Assembly: GCA_013265495.1 (NCBI GenBank)
Contig: MU062380.1
Location: forward strand, 7,134,542-7,198,541
Direction of reading: 5' to 3'
DNA from: Vicugna vicugna
Taxonomy: Eukaryota
DNA: 64,000 nt
Below are positions 51,995 through 63,359 of the stretch, piece by piece (position 1 is the stretch's first letter; each line of letters begins with the position of its first letter). The position numbers were made by a program, and so were the translations under genes. The notes below the pieces were generated by a model. That model was not told the DNA's origin. It searched no databases and saw only the letters and a list, made by a program, of their open reading frames with translations.

Positions 51995-52165
51995 GACAAG
52001 GATTCTTGACTCATAATACACATAAGCACTCCTCTGGAACAGTTCAAGACTTCAGGAGAGCATACCCCTGCAAGATTGCATAAATCCAAATTTCTGGTGA
52101 TGGGAGCTAAGTATGCCTGTTTTTCCAAAAAGTTCCATCAGCTGTTCAACCAGGTTTAAGAACTG
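51995..52165. mobile_element. hAT-Charlie MER5A-type MITE
   Basis: taaatccaaatttctggtgatgggagctaagtatgcctgttttccaaaaagttcc...ccaggtttaagaactg. Confidence 0.55.
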
Positions 52166-52229
52166 TTACACTTGTGATCCAGTTGTGAACACAGCAAACA
52201 TTTTTCTCTGTCCTGTGGAACTGTGTAGA

Positions 52230-52510
52230 TGAGCTCCCAATGCTAGGAGCTTGTTCATGTATATATTTGTTCAAAATCTGTTTCCCTGTGGCTTCCTGTT
52301 CTTTGCCCTTATGTCCTCTGGGACTATGAAGAAGTTTACTTGCATGTGGCAGTCCTTTGGGTATATGAAGACAGCACTTTTCTCTTGATCCCTCGTTATC
52401 ATCCCAGTCACCTCATTTAAACATACTCCCAGTGCTCATACTCCTTTTAAAGTGTAGTTCCCAGAATTTACACAGCATTGCCTGTAGTCTTGGAGGCATC
52501 TGCTCATCTC
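52230..52510 (-). mobile_element. L3/CR1 fragment
   Basis: ttgcatgtggcagtcctttgggtatatgaagacagc...aaagtgtagttcccagaatttacacagca. Confidence 0.55.
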
Positions 52511-53094
52511 CAGGCGCCTGTTTTCCACATGTCTTCATAGATTTCACACAATAGTTCAACATACTCCCTTGCAATTTTTTTTTCTTTTTAATGCACTCCA
52601 GGATGTACTGTGATCCTTTTCTGTTATTTTCTTTGTATCTTATGTGCTTACCACTTATGTTGTTCAGTTTTCTTCCACCATTTTGCCTTTTGAACCTATT
52701 ATTTTCCCAAAAGCATGGTTAAATGCATCTGGTTTGCCTTATAAAATTCCTCCCATTGATTCAGCCTCTCCTCTTCTTGTTTTCCTGCACTATGCATGTC
52801 AACATCTTCTATCAGCTCATAAATAATATTATTCAGAAAAATGTTGATTGACCCAATTAACTGGAACACTCAATCAGTGGCATTCCACATTTAGAATAAA
52901 AAGCAAAATTTGAAATAAATGAGCAAATAACAGAATTTAATTAGGAAGAACTTTCAAGGTAAGTTTCAGGGTCAGTTCGTATTAGCTACACTCCAAAAAT
53001 ATTTATAATGTCTCTAATCTATATTGTTGTACAGGTTGCAATTATCAGAACAAATCTAGTCTTTTTTGTGATACTTAATACTTACCAAAGCAGG

Positions 53095-53770
53095 TAGGGC
53101 GTCCCCTAATGCTGGGTCCTGTAGTAAAAATGCAAATGGAGGCCCATAACCTAATAGATATATATTTTAAAGCTAAAAGAAAAGTTTAACAATTGTATCT
53201 TCTAACTTATAAAATTATTTTTAAAAGGTATGGAAGCCAAGTTTGAAATTCTTGAATACCTCAGAGTTCTGTGCCAGAATGTGGTGGTGTTGAGAGCTGA
53301 ATCTGGGTCCTGGCTCATAGCCCATTCCTCTCTTCTTTCCACACTTGGCTTTGCCTCACAGCACAAACAGCCTTCCAAACACATGTGTGGGCACCCTGGC
53401 CCATGTGTCCAATATCCATACACGCTCCCCATACAGAGGTGTCCTTTGTCCACCACCTGGGTTTAAGAATACACATACCTAATACATGGCCTACCCTCCA
53501 AAGAAGGTAAACCAGGCAGAAGGAAGCCTAGGCAGAGCCTGGGAGCAGACTAAGAGCCATATGGGCAGGGGGTTTTGGGGTACCATATACCTAAAGTGTT
53601 GTCTAGATTGTTGTGGGGTAATTGATACTGGCTGTGGGAAGGCATGTCTCATTAGTCCCATGGATTCCTTGTCTCATGAAGAGCATAATGGCCAGAAAAG
53701 GGCCAGAACAGGGCCCGCTGAAGGGTAAGACCCACATCAGGGAGATTCTTTAGCCTGGGCCTAAGTGCTG
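53095..53770. mobile_element. Unclassified element, possibly hAT-Tip100-like DNA transposon remnant
   Basis: gggtcctgtagtaaaaatgcaaatggaggccc resembles a MER45/Tip100-type subterminal motif, and there are gggcc-rich motifs near 53700-53765. Confidence 0.25.
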
Positions 53771-54694
53771 TGCAATACTAACAGAGAAATAAGACTATGT
53801 TTTAGAAGGATTTGAGTGCATGGAATAAAGTAAGATGGGTTTCTAGTTTATCTATGCATAATTTCTAATGTAGTTTTTTAAAAGGTATTGTATTCCCCTA
53901 TAATGCCTTCCTAAGAGACTTAATGAAGAATTCTGTAGGACAACAGCAACAGAAAATTTGCCCTATTTCATCAGCCTAGGTAATGTTCAATGAAATAATC
54001 TTTCAAAATTACCTTCCACCCAAACCCAAAATGAAGCAATGTCTTCACTCTTCCTAAAAGGCTAAGTGACTTTAGATAAGTTGCTTTACCTCTGTAATAA
54101 ATGAGAAGTAATGCTTAGGCAATCTGTAAGGTTTCTTTTAATTTCAACATTCTCTTTGCCATGCTTATGAATTCACTATTCTAGAGCCATACAGAATAAA
54201 TCCACTGACATTTCTTTTTTGCTGAGAATTTTAGTCAAGGCCAAAAAATTCAAATTAAGAAAGAACAAAACTTTATTATCTCTTGCTAATGTAAAACTGA
54301 ACCAGGTTTCCTAGGGATTCAGGGAAAGCAGCAAGGCTACCCTATATAATTCAATTGGCAAACATTTAATAAACACCTCATGCCAGTCACCTTGCTGGAT
54401 ACTGGACAGAAAATAGAGAAGACAGGTGTCAGGAATAGAAACACAGATCAGTTTAGGTAGTATCCCTCTCCTGAAAAACTTCCAAGGCAAATAATACTGA
54501 AACTCATTATAATAGTATGTGGTAAGGGTTCTAAAGTTAAAATGTGAAACATGCTATGAATATTTTAGAAGAGGGTGTTTTTCTTTGGTGACTTACAACA
54601 AATACTACATTCAGACTTCTTCTAGAAGGCTAAGTAGAAGTTCACCAAGTAGGAAAGGCCATTCTAGGCAGAAGATACAGTATAAGAGCAAAAG

Positions 54695-56430
54695 AGTAAA
54701 AGAGGGGCAAAAANNNNNNNNNNNNNNNNNNNNNNNNNNNNNNNNNNNNNNNNNNNNNNNNNNNNNNNNNNNNNNNNNNNNNNNNNNNNNNNNNNNNNNN
54801 NNNNNNNNNNNNNNNNNNNNNNNNNNNNNNNNNNNNNNNNNNNNNNNNNAACTATATGCTGGCTATGAGAGACTTGCTTTAGATTTAAGGACACATATGA
54901 CTGAAAGTGAAAGAATGGAAAAATATGTTTCATGCAGTTGGTAACCAAAAGAAAGCAGGCTGGTTTTATTTATATTAGACAAAGTAGACTTTAAGTCAAA
55001 ACTGTCAAAAGAGACAAAGAAGAACATTATATAATGATAAAAGAGTCAATTCACTGGGAAGATATATTAATTACAAATACATAAGCACCCAACATCAGAG
55101 CACCCAAATATATGAAGCAAATATATTGCTAGAACTGAGTGGAGAAATAGATAGCAACACAATAATAGTAGCAAATTTCAATATGTCACTTTCAGTAATG
55201 GATAAAACATCCAGACAAAGGTCAAGAGAGACACAGAAGAGTTGAAGAATATTATAGAACAAATGACCTAACAGGTACACATGTAGAACATTCCACCTAA
55301 CAGGAGTAGAATACACATTCTTCTCATGCACACAAGAACACACTCCAGGATGGATCACAGGTTAGATCACAAAACAACTCTTAACAAATTTAAGATCTCA
55401 CTAAACAGAAAAAAAATTTTAAATGGACATAGATAGACATACAAATGGCCAACATGTATATGAAAAGATGCTCAGCATTATTAATTATCAGGGAAATGCA
55501 AATCAGAACTACAGTGAGGAGCTCCTCATGCCTATTNNNNNNNNNNNNNNNNNNNNNNNNNNNNNNNNNNNNNNNNNNNNNNNNNNNNNNNNNNNNNNNN
55601 NNNNNNNNNNNNNNNNNNNNNNNNNNNNNNNNNNNNNNNNNNNNNNNNNNNNNNNNNNNNNNNNNGTGAGTTTTCTCAAAAAATTAGAACTAGGACTACT
55701 ATATAACCCAGAAATCTCACTTCTGGATGTGTATCCAAAGAATTGAAGTCAGGGTATCTAAGAGATATTTGCACCCCCATGTTCATTGCAGCAATATTCA
55801 TAATAGACAAGAGGTAGAAACAATCTAAATGTCTGTCGGTCATTGAATGGAAAAAGAAAATATGATATATACATAAAGTGGGATATTATTCAGCCATGAA
55901 TAAGAAGGAAATCCTGTCATGCTGCAACATAATTGAACCTTGAGGACATTGTGCTCTGTGAAATAAGCCAGTCACAGAAGAACAAGTACTGCATTATTCC
56001 AGTTGTATGAGGTATCTAAAGTAGTCAAATCCATAGAAACAGAAAATCCAGTTGACCCTTGAACAATTCAGGGGCTAGGGGCACTGAACTTCTATGTAGT
56101 CAAAAATCTGCTTATAAGTTATAGTCTGTTCTCTCTATACATGGTTCTTCCTGTGTCAACGGTTCTGCATCCACAGATTCAACCAATCGCAGATCATGTG
56201 TATTGTAGTATTTAGTATTGAAAAAGGTCCGTGTATAAGTGGGCCCACACTGTTCAAACCCATGTTGTTCTAGGGTCAACTGTAGAATAATGGTTACTAG
56301 TGGCTGGGGGAAGGGAGAAATGAGAGTGTTGCTGTTCAATGAATATAGAGTTTCAGTTGTGCAAGATGAAATGTTCCAGAGATCTGCTCTACAACAGTGT
56401 GCTTATACTTAACAATACTCTAAAAATACT
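54695..56430 (+). mobile_element. L1 (L1MA9/L1MB-like): ORF2 endonuclease part fused to the ORF2 C-terminus and 3' UTR
   Basis: actatatgctggctatgagagac (ICCLQET-like endonuclease region). ORFs 55445-55669 (MKRCS-LIIREMQI-TT) and 55423-55746 (FLKKL-L-YNPEI-LLDVYPK) match the L1 ORF2p C-terminus. 3' UTR gagatctgctctacaacagtgtg. Confidence 0.85.
56049..56282. mobile_element. TcMar-Tigger MITE (MER8/Tigger2 family) inserted in the L1 3' UTR
   Basis: TIRs cagttgacccttgaacaa and ttgttctagggtcaactg; 234 bp; TA at 56283-56284 (left copy reads TC). Confidence 0.85.
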
Positions 56431-56431
56431 T

Positions 56432-56585
56432 ACGATGATCCTACAAATAACCATTACTATCTCTAGCTTTGCAGAGGAGAATTCTGAGGCTTAGGCCAAG
56501 TTTTTATAAGATCTCACAGCAAGCAAGTGGTGACGTTGGGATTTAAACCCAGTTAGTCTCCAGAATGCTTTGGACTACTATGCTA
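56432..56585 (-). mobile_element. MIR
   Basis: gcagaggagaattctgaggctta...gcaagtggtgacgttgggatttaaacccag. Confidence 0.65.
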
Positions 56586-56724
56586 TTCTTGTCTCTTTTT
56601 GTTAAATGACTTTCAGAAAGTATGTTATAAAACCTCTCATATACCTCACTGAGGCTGAGGCTGAGGCGTTCGCATTTTTCCAGAATCACTGACTCATCAA
56701 GTTGAAGCAAACTTAACTGAAATA

Positions 56725-56775
56725 TGTGCCTGTGTGTGTTTGTGTTTGTGTTTGTGTGTGTAGAGAAAGAGAGAG
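56725..56775. repeat. TG then AG simple repeat
   Basis: gtgcctgtgtgtgtttgtgtttgtgtttgtgtgtgtagagaaagagagag. Confidence 0.8.
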
Positions 56776-57034
56776 AACATGCATAATATATATGAAAGAT
56801 ACATTTCTATTTTTCAAGGATAAATGATTATAGTACATTCAGTTTTTCAATCCCAGATTTAACTACCCCAGAGAATCCACCAACTTCAATCTATCAACAC
56901 CTACCTCTTGCAACCTGGGGTTTCTGTGGAAACTGAGTGAGTGGGGAAAATAACAAAACCTATTCTGTAGCATTTCTAGATGCAGGAAAGAAAGAAGTAC
57001 ACAAAATAGATGCTAACCATTCACATTTCAGACA

Positions 57035-57155
57035 CCCCATTCACACTCATTCACAGACACACACTACATATATCCATACTCATGTGCATACACACACACA
57101 CAAAACCCAGAACAGCCCTCCAGCACTCACACATTTATACACACACACACACACC
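57035..57155. repeat. CA-rich low-complexity tract
   Basis: cacactcattcacagacacacac...acacacacacacacac. Confidence 0.8.
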
Positions 57156-57174
57156 TCATATGCATACTTAACCC

Positions 57175-57251
57175 AAAGTGGCCCTCTGGAATTGTAGTGG
57201 AAAACGAAGTGTCGGCCGGCGGAACTCTGGCCTGTTGTGAGGCAGGTATGT
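57175..57251 (+). promoter_or_regulatory. Small promoter-like element: ZNF143/THAP11-type motif, CpG cluster and splice donor
   Basis: GGAATTGTAGT (57188-57198; reverse ACTACAATTCC), then cgaagtgtcggccggcgg, then CAG|GTATGT at 57245/57246. Confidence 0.5.
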
Positions 57252-57589
57252 GCTTCTCGCTGAGCTGATCCAGTGGAGCTACTTTAACCACATGTATTTT
57301 TGAGTCTAGTAAGCACAAGAAAGAAAGGTCACCTGCAACCTTTTCCCTCAGGGCTAAACAAACCCAGGTGTATAGAAACGTGACTCTGAATGGATCGTGT
57401 TGGCATTTAATTTCTAGATTCAGGAAGTTAAATTTAGAATGTCCTATTGACAACCCAGCACTGAGCACGACATTTGAGGGGAAAAAAATAGCTGAATTTT
57501 TCAGGTGCCGTGTGGTCTGTGCTACAGGAAGTAGGGGAGCATCAATTCCTGTAGAGCGGATAATTCACCTCTTTTCACCTATCCTGGGA

Positions 57590-57700
57590 GACAGTGTAGA
57601 TTGTGTTAAGATTATGAGATTAAATTAGATAATGTGTGTAAGGAAGGAGTTTAACACAATGGTTGGCAGGTAGAAAGCACTAAATAATTGATAGCTATTA
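57590..57700 (+). mobile_element. MIR fragment
   Basis: gttaagattatgagattaaattagataatgtgtgtaa...gtagaaagcactaaataattgatagctatta. Confidence 0.55.
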
Positions 57701-59714
57701 TCTAATCTGGTCGAATTTAACTCATTCCAAACTACTTTTGAGGCAGTTAAGAGTAGCCTCGCCCACCCCCAACCCCATCTCTGAGCTCTAAGCGCCATGA
57801 AAGTAGGGACAAAATGCTGTCTTTTTGGATCTTGTCCCAAATCTAAAAATAAAGCCATCTGGGGATTTACTCCGAGCAGAGCAGCCACTGAGAGTGGCAG
57901 TTCATCATCTCCCAGGCAAAGCCTCAGTCAGGGCCAGAGTAATTGAGCCGACTGTGGGGCCGTTCCTGTGCCTTCCATCACAGCCACACCATTAGGAGGC
58001 TGATGTGGGTAGGAGTCTTGGCCAGACGCAAAATAAAAAGCCCTCCTCCACACCTCAAAATTTAACAGGCTATCCTAAGTGGTTATCATGATCTCAGAAA
58101 GTGTCCCTTGAATGACTGAATCTGAATTTGTTTTACTAAAGGAACACATAATGTCATACCAGATAACATCATTCATTTCTCAGCTTTGAGAGAAATCTTT
58201 GAACATTTGATTTCACTTGGTGATTTTTTTTATCATGGTCAAGAAGAACAATCCTTAACCTTTGCATTGCTTGGAATAATGTGATCTTATCCTAGACCTG
58301 TGCTAGGAATGTCCCTACATAAGAATCCACAAACAGACCTGGGTCTTAATGGCACTCAAAGAATAAAACCATTTCTTTGTCCCCTTCTAAAGGTCAATGA
58401 CCACTGACCTGAATGATCAGAGAGCCGTAGAGGTCAGCAGATAGAAATGGGCAGTTGAACTTGACCGTTACTCACAGCTACAATGTTAGCTGCAGATTCT
58501 GCTTGGCTTCTTATGCAGCTTTCACTGAACAATACTTGCATTTTGAAGCCCATGTCAGTTTGGACCAGGAGGCGCTCTTAGGAAATAATAATATATAATT
58601 AAAATCTCTTCGATGAACATAGCTAATTTTTATATTCAGGGAAGTTGCCAAGGCAGCAGATTTTTAGTCATTAGCATCTTTGCAAGGTTAATGTACTGTA
58701 CTTAATGAAATAAATAGTTTTATAAATTTTCAGGCAAATTGTAAAATTGGAGAAAGTGGAGATAATTTCATTCCATTTTGAATACCCGACAGACACCAAA
58801 TTAACCCTTCTTCCTACCAGGAAAACTATTCTTATCCAAAGCAAGCTTTCAGATATCTAGTAGTTATGATGAACATGAAAAATATGTTCATTAAATTGAA
58901 AGAGTGTTTAATTGAATGAGAAGGAATGAAAAAAAATGGATAAGAGAATATGAAAAATGTATAGTGACATTTAGGGATGGTGTAAAACAAAGAAACGTGG
59001 GTTATGCAGTTTTTGAGGATGGGAGAAAATAAAGGGAAATCTGTTTTAGAAGTATCAGGAAGGAAGAGAGAGTGATAATAACCCAATGTGGGAGTTGCCT
59101 CTGGAAAAGTGATGAAGAAGAAATCACTGAGAGTCTGGTCCTGTGGCCACGACTGCTGAATTGAAGTGTTTTATTTCAGAAGGCAGCAACAATATATGAG
59201 CCAAGACAAGTAATAAACAATCAGCTAAAGTGGTGGAACCAAAGGTTTGGCTGCAAGTTAGAAGTATGGAAGCAAGTGTCCAGGGATTGCCCAGGGCTAC
59301 TGAGCATTTTTTAATGTCCTAGTTCAACCCTCACCTTAATATTTTATTTTCCCCTTAAGATTCCCAACCTAAGAAATATTTGAAACCATCCACAGTAAGT
59401 TACTGTGTGCCGTGGGATGCAATCATTTCCTTCTTCCCAGCTGCAAGCCTGAGGCAAGTTTCAGGAAATCATTAGTAAAGGCCCTTGTTCCCCTCTTCGG
59501 TATTTTGCAGAACTACGGGTCTCTCGCTTAGACTTTTTAGTAGAATACACGTTGGGATTCTTATTCATAGAAAAGTGCAGCTACCCTTTATAAGGCGAAT
59601 ATTACCACTTTTTTCTGTCTCACTACTTTCTAACCTTATCCTCCCCAGGTCTCCAGAAATATAAAGATACACATTCAGTGTGTATAGTGCTTTGATGACA
59701 GACAGACTTCGGTG

Positions 59715-59825
59715 TAGTTTCTGTCCTTGGGCAAGTGACTTACAATCTCAGAGCTTTAGTTTTCCTTCCCATCTGCAATATGAGAATAGTATCTATTCCA
59801 TCAGATTTAGAAATCAGTGTAAGAG
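59715..59825 (+). mobile_element. MIR fragment
   Basis: gtccttgggcaagtgacttacaatctcagagctttagttttccttcccatctgcaa. Confidence 0.6.
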
Positions 59826-60609
59826 AAGGTAAAAAAGATTACCACTTAACACTATAGAGATTTTCCTTAGTTTGATACATCTTATACACCAGTGTTATAA
59901 ATGATTGAATGGCCTTTATGCTCTTGATCTGAGGCATACAGAACAATTAAGATCGGTTGATGAGAAGAGTTTACACTTTAGAGGAAGTGGAGATATTTGA
60001 CAGATGTTATAGAAAGTTAAATTTCTGCATGTTTATCGTATGTTTCAGATGTTCTGGCTTCCTCATGGTGAACATCAATTTACTTTGTCTCTTGGCTGCT
60101 GAGCCCCTTAAAAGCTCCCCATTTCTTTTACATTCTGTATCTCACACAGTTCAAGCCCCTGCTGATTAGGCAGTGGGTTTTGAAGAGAAGCAGCAGGTGG
60201 GAGACATCCCCATAAGCAGGGCCAGGCATCCTCTGTGGCCTCTTATACGTACTTCCATCTACTTCTCTGTTGGATGATTGGTGTTGGACCTTAAGCTTTC
60301 ATAGCCTACATTTCAGATGTGCTTCATTCATCTATAAAGTAAAAACAAACCAAAAAACCAGAAATAACACATCTCATTCATGCTCTGTCAAATGAGAATG
60401 ACTGGAAATAGGATGGTCTTCCCAAGGCATTTCTGGTGACTTGCATGTTAACCACCCTCCCTTCTGGGCCAGAGTTAGCATAACATTCTACGGGTTGTCT
60501 CTAGTACAAAGTAATCCCATCACCGGATCGCTTCCCAAGACTAACATTTAAAGGCTGCAGCAAGGTGACCTCAGGAGTTTTTCAAACAGTGATAGAGAAG
60601 AAAAAGCTG

Positions 60610-60775
60610 GGAGTGAGAAAACTTAGATTCAAGATCCATCCCGGCCATTAATGAGGTGGATGATCTAAGTCATATTGTTTCACCCTTCTAAACTGCTTTT
60701 TCTTCATCCATGAAATAAGAGAGGAGCTGACCTAGTGGATCTCAAAGGTCTTTTCCAGCAGCGAAATTCTGTAGT
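60610..60775 (+). mobile_element. MIR3-type fragment
   Basis: ttcttcatccatgaaataagagagg...ggatctcaaaggtcttttccagcagcgaaattctg. Confidence 0.6.
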
Positions 60776-60886
60776 CAGCCAAACCACTTAGAACTAAGCA
60801 AGCAGACACCGGAGAAACCCCATCTCATTTTTCCACTTCTAAATTTATCACTTGAGTTGTCAACAGACATTGCCCAGTGTAAGGGA

Positions 60887-60897
60887 GCTGAGTCAGC
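60887..60897. promoter_or_regulatory. AP-1/ARE/MARE-like palindrome GCTGAGTCAGC
   Basis: AP-1 core with GC flanks on both sides, satisfying TGA[C/G]NNNGC on both strands. Confidence 0.35.
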
Positions 60898-61777
60898 CAT
60901 ACTTAGTAGCGGGGGAGTGGCCTCAGCCAGGTGAGGAACGTCAAACTTTCACTCAGGTGTTCAGTCACAGTTGAAGAAAAAAGAACCAGAGAATGGAATG
61001 GTGCAGTGAATCCTGGGTGTCCCAACTCCAGCTTCACTTACATAATAGCAAGCAAAGGGTGAGGGGACACCCGTTTTCAGACGGTTTCTATATCACAGCA
61101 AGGCGCCAGCCTCTCACTGCTTTCTGGCTTCCCAGTAAATAAAAGAAATAAACAGTCCCCACTTCCTGCACTGCTCCCCCCACCCTGCCCCTTTCAAGGT
61201 GATTGTTGTCTCACCCCCTTTTGAGTCAAACTCAGGATACAGGCCTTTCAAGTATAAAAATATACTTCCCAGCTCCAACTTGCCAGCAGTGCAGAAGACT
61301 CCTAAGAGGTTAGGAAGAATGAAGTTTCCAGTCTCTGCCTGACAGCATTTAGGGCTCCATTCTTCCCGACACAGAGGGTCTGATTTTATGCAGCTAAAAA
61401 GCACAGAATTAGGGGTAGCTGTAAGAGAGATGCTTATTTCTTCATTTTTTCTAACTCTTGGGAGTAATAAAAAGGAATTAATAAGAGAGAGGAGGATAAA
61501 AGAAGCTACCTCTCGAGTCCTCCCCCAGTTTTAGATGCTGTTAAAGAAAGGCTTATTCTGACATTGTTAAAATGGTAAGGGAGGCATTATTCGGAAGTGT
61601 TGTGAAAGGTGTCAAGACTACCCCAGAAGGGGAGAGAGACCAAGTTCAACTCTGAATATAACAAGAACTAGTGGGGATTTATAGCCAAGGACTAAGCTGG
61701 GGCAGAGGATTGGGGGGCAGGAGGAGGGTCAGCAGATAAAAATTACTAAGAGGAAACATCAAAGTCTAAGAGGAATT

Positions 61778-62165
61778 TCTTTTTTAAAAATATTTTATTG
61801 ACCTAGAGTTGATTTACAATGTTGTGTTAGTTTCTGGTGTACAGCATAGCGGTTTAGTTATACATGTATATATATTCTTTTTCATATTCTTTTCATTATA
61901 GGTTATTACAAGGTATTAAATATAGTTCCCTGTGCTATACAGTAGGGCCTTGTTGTTTATCTACTTTATATATATAGTAGTTTGTATCTGCCAATCCCAA
62001 ACTCCTAATTTATCCCTCCTGCTCCCTTGCCCTTCGGTAACTGTAAGTTTATTTTCTATACCTGTGAGTCTGTTTCTGTTGCAGTGAGCCAGACAGAGAA
62101 AGACAAACATCATATGATACCACTTAAATCTTAAATAATGGTGGAATCTTAAATAATGATACAAA
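61778..62165 (-). mobile_element. 5'-inverted lineage-specific L1 3' end with an 11-bp TSD
   Basis: Antisense L1 tail (61778 to about 62080) followed by the sense piece gagccagacagagaaagacaaacatcatatgata. TSD taagaggaatt at 61767-61777 and 62166-62176. Confidence 0.9.
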
Positions 62166-62437
62166 TAAGAGGAATTCCCTAATGTTTAAATTGACCTACC
62201 TTGATTCTTGCTAAAGGCAGGCCAGGATGACCAGATATCAAGGGTGGCATAGAAGAGGATAAGGAATTTGACCAGATGTTGAGGGTGATTAGGGTAGAGG
62301 GATTCTGGTTAAACTGACTTAGCAACATTCTTGCTAAAACTTGGTTATGAAGTCCTAGCACATACAGAGGCCATGGCTGGGGCCAAGTTGAGAAGATGCG
62401 TCAGAGAAACCTGACTAAAGTTTGGTCAAAGAAAGAG

Positions 62438-62929
62438 TGGCAAAGAGTCTCTCCCTGATCAAACTTTGGTCAAGCTCTTCTGAGCTCATATTTTGACAAG
62501 GCTCTAACTTTTGGGCTTTCATGTCCATCTCTGTATTGTCCAATCATAGCAAGAATCCTGCCAAGTCAGTTTAGCCAGAATCCCCACACCACCTTCCTCA
62601 GTATCTGATCATCCCTGATGGATCAGGTTCCTCATCCTCCACCATCTCCCAGGTGATGTCTGATCACCCTGGCCTGCCTTCAGCAAGAATTCTGTTAGGC
62701 TGATTTAGCCAGAATNNNNNNNNNNNNNNNNNNNNNNNNNNNNNNNNNNNNNNNNNNNNNNNNNNNNNNNNNNNNNNNNNNNNNNNNNNNNNNNNNNNNN
62801 NNNNNNNNNNNNNNNNNNNNNNNNNNNNNNNNNNNNNNNNNNNTAGTGGTCCCCACGTCTATCTCTGTGATCTTGAATAAGTCAGCCTTACTGCCTTTAA
62901 TAAGTGTCATGAATAATTTTTCCATAACA
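62438..62929 (+). mobile_element. Second ERV1 solo LTR (MER31/MER67 family), opposite orientation, partly N-masked
   Basis: tggcaaagagtctc...ataaca; internal gatcaggttcctcatcctccaccatctcccaggtgatgtctgatcaccctggcctg; 4-bp TSD agag at 62434-62437 and 62930-62933. Confidence 0.85.
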
Positions 62930-63359
62930 AGAGTCTTTGTCAGTTCTCTGAATGTTCTATGTCCTTGGGGGCCTTCATTTTTTAAATCGTTCTAACTCAT
63001 ATTCGCAGAACTGCCATTTCACACAGTGATCCTGTGAAACTTATTGGTTTAATGGTCTTTTGNNNNNNNNNNNNNNNNNNNNNNNNNNNNNNNNNNNNNN
63101 NNNNNNNNNNNNNNNNNNNNNNNNNNNNNNNNNNNNNNNNNNNNNNNNNNNNNNNNNNNNNNNNNNNNNNNNNNNNNNNNNNNNNNNNNNNNNNNNNNNN
63201 NNNNNNNNNNNNNNNNNNNNNNNNNNNNNNNNNNNNNNNNNNNNNNNNNNNNNNNNNNNNNNNNNNNTGTGGAGTTCAGTTCCCTGGACATCCCCTTCTC
63301 AAGGTTTACATGGGTTTACACAAGATTAAGGCTCAGTGTGACATAGATGGATTTTAGCC

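Larger units (their letters stand above)
61539..62942 (-). mobile_element. ERV1 solo LTR (MER31/MER67 family), host of two nested insertions
   Basis: Starts tgttaaagaaagg; contains gaccagatatcaagggtgg, aaactgacttagca and cctgactaaagtttggtcaa; its terminal tctttgtca is displaced to 62934-62942. Confidence 0.8.

Noticed and set aside
55423-55746. ORFs with reverse-transcriptase-protein-like motifs as an active retroelement
   Set aside because: These are frameshifted L1 ORF2 C-terminal remnants; the RT region is missing and the endonuclease part has stops.
58400-58470. Nuclear-receptor half sites (TGACCT-gaa-TGATCA; TGAACT-TGACCG)
   Set aside because: Each pair has a degenerate half site, and such matches are frequent by chance.
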